Shown: positions 63,996-64,000 of the stretch, in pieces
Numbering within the stretch: the stretch's first letter is position 1
Layout of the letters: each line of letters starts with the position of its first letter
Assembly (NCBI GenBank): GCA_035480955.1
Contig: DATIHF010000006.1
Coordinates: 11,110-75,109 of the forward strand
DNA from: Candidatus Saccharimonadales bacterium
GTDB lineage: Bacteria; Patescibacteriota; Microgenomatia; Woykebacterales; RBG-16-39-9b
Direction: 5' to 3'
Length of the DNA stretch: 64,000 nucleotides
Program-made: the position numbers and the translations under genes
Notes under the pieces: generated by a model
The model's input: the letters and a program-made list of their open reading frames with translations, nothing else
Told to the model about the DNA's origin: nothing
Database searches by the model: none

Positions 63996-64000
63996 CTTTA

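Noticed and set aside
1-64000. tRNA genes, rRNA genes, transposases/integrases and CRISPR arrays
   Set aside because: By eye I found no GTTCGAATCC/GGTTCAAAT-type T-arm contexts with matching acceptor stems, no long rRNA-like conserved blocks and no DDE/tyrosine-recombinase motifs. tRNAscan/Infernal should confirm.

Overview
This 64-kb window is a gene-dense, low-GC stretch of a bacterial chromosome (roughly 40-45 % GC by eye). Genes lie on both strands with short spacers, many small or hypothetical proteins, frequent GTG/TTG starts and many intrinsic terminators. Recognisable core genes include an ABC ATPase/FtsX-permease pair, a PduO-type cobalamin adenosyltransferase, the 2H phosphoesterase thpR, a PIG-L deacetylase, a flavoprotein disulfide reductase with ccdA, a P1B-type ATPase, hpf, a Clp/Hsp100-type ATPase, rarA, ruvC-yebC, a VirD4/TrwB-like ATPase, a CPA2/RCK antiporter, rluD, lgt, an MFS transporter, pepA, a class A PBP and an M24 peptidase. 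I recognised no rRNA, tRNA, CRISPR array, transposase or integrase. Several stretches look accessory or anomalous. (1) At 2.8-6.3 kb a J-domain protein with HTD instead of HPD is translationally coupled to a vWA/MIDAS protein, followed by two tandem paralogous membrane proteins with duplicated promoters and two small GC-elevated winged-helix-like genes. (2) At 24.2-26.1 kb an about 420-nt GC-rich, hairpin-rich untranslated segment with its own promoter and terminator sits next to three small Cys-rich proteins and a GC-rich Arg/Cys-rich ORF. (3) At 34.5-36.1 kb there is an islet of six small ORFs, three of them tandem 25-47-aa single-TM peptides. (4) At 43.1-44.7 kb a 1.2-kb ORF-free region is followed by a 350-bp GC-rich segment bracketed by 10-nt direct repeats. 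Other notable features are a five-fold tandem zinc-ribbon protein, a membrane-anchored Clp ATPase, and an MFS gene whose only plausible start is an SD-preceded ATT codon immediately after the pepA stop.
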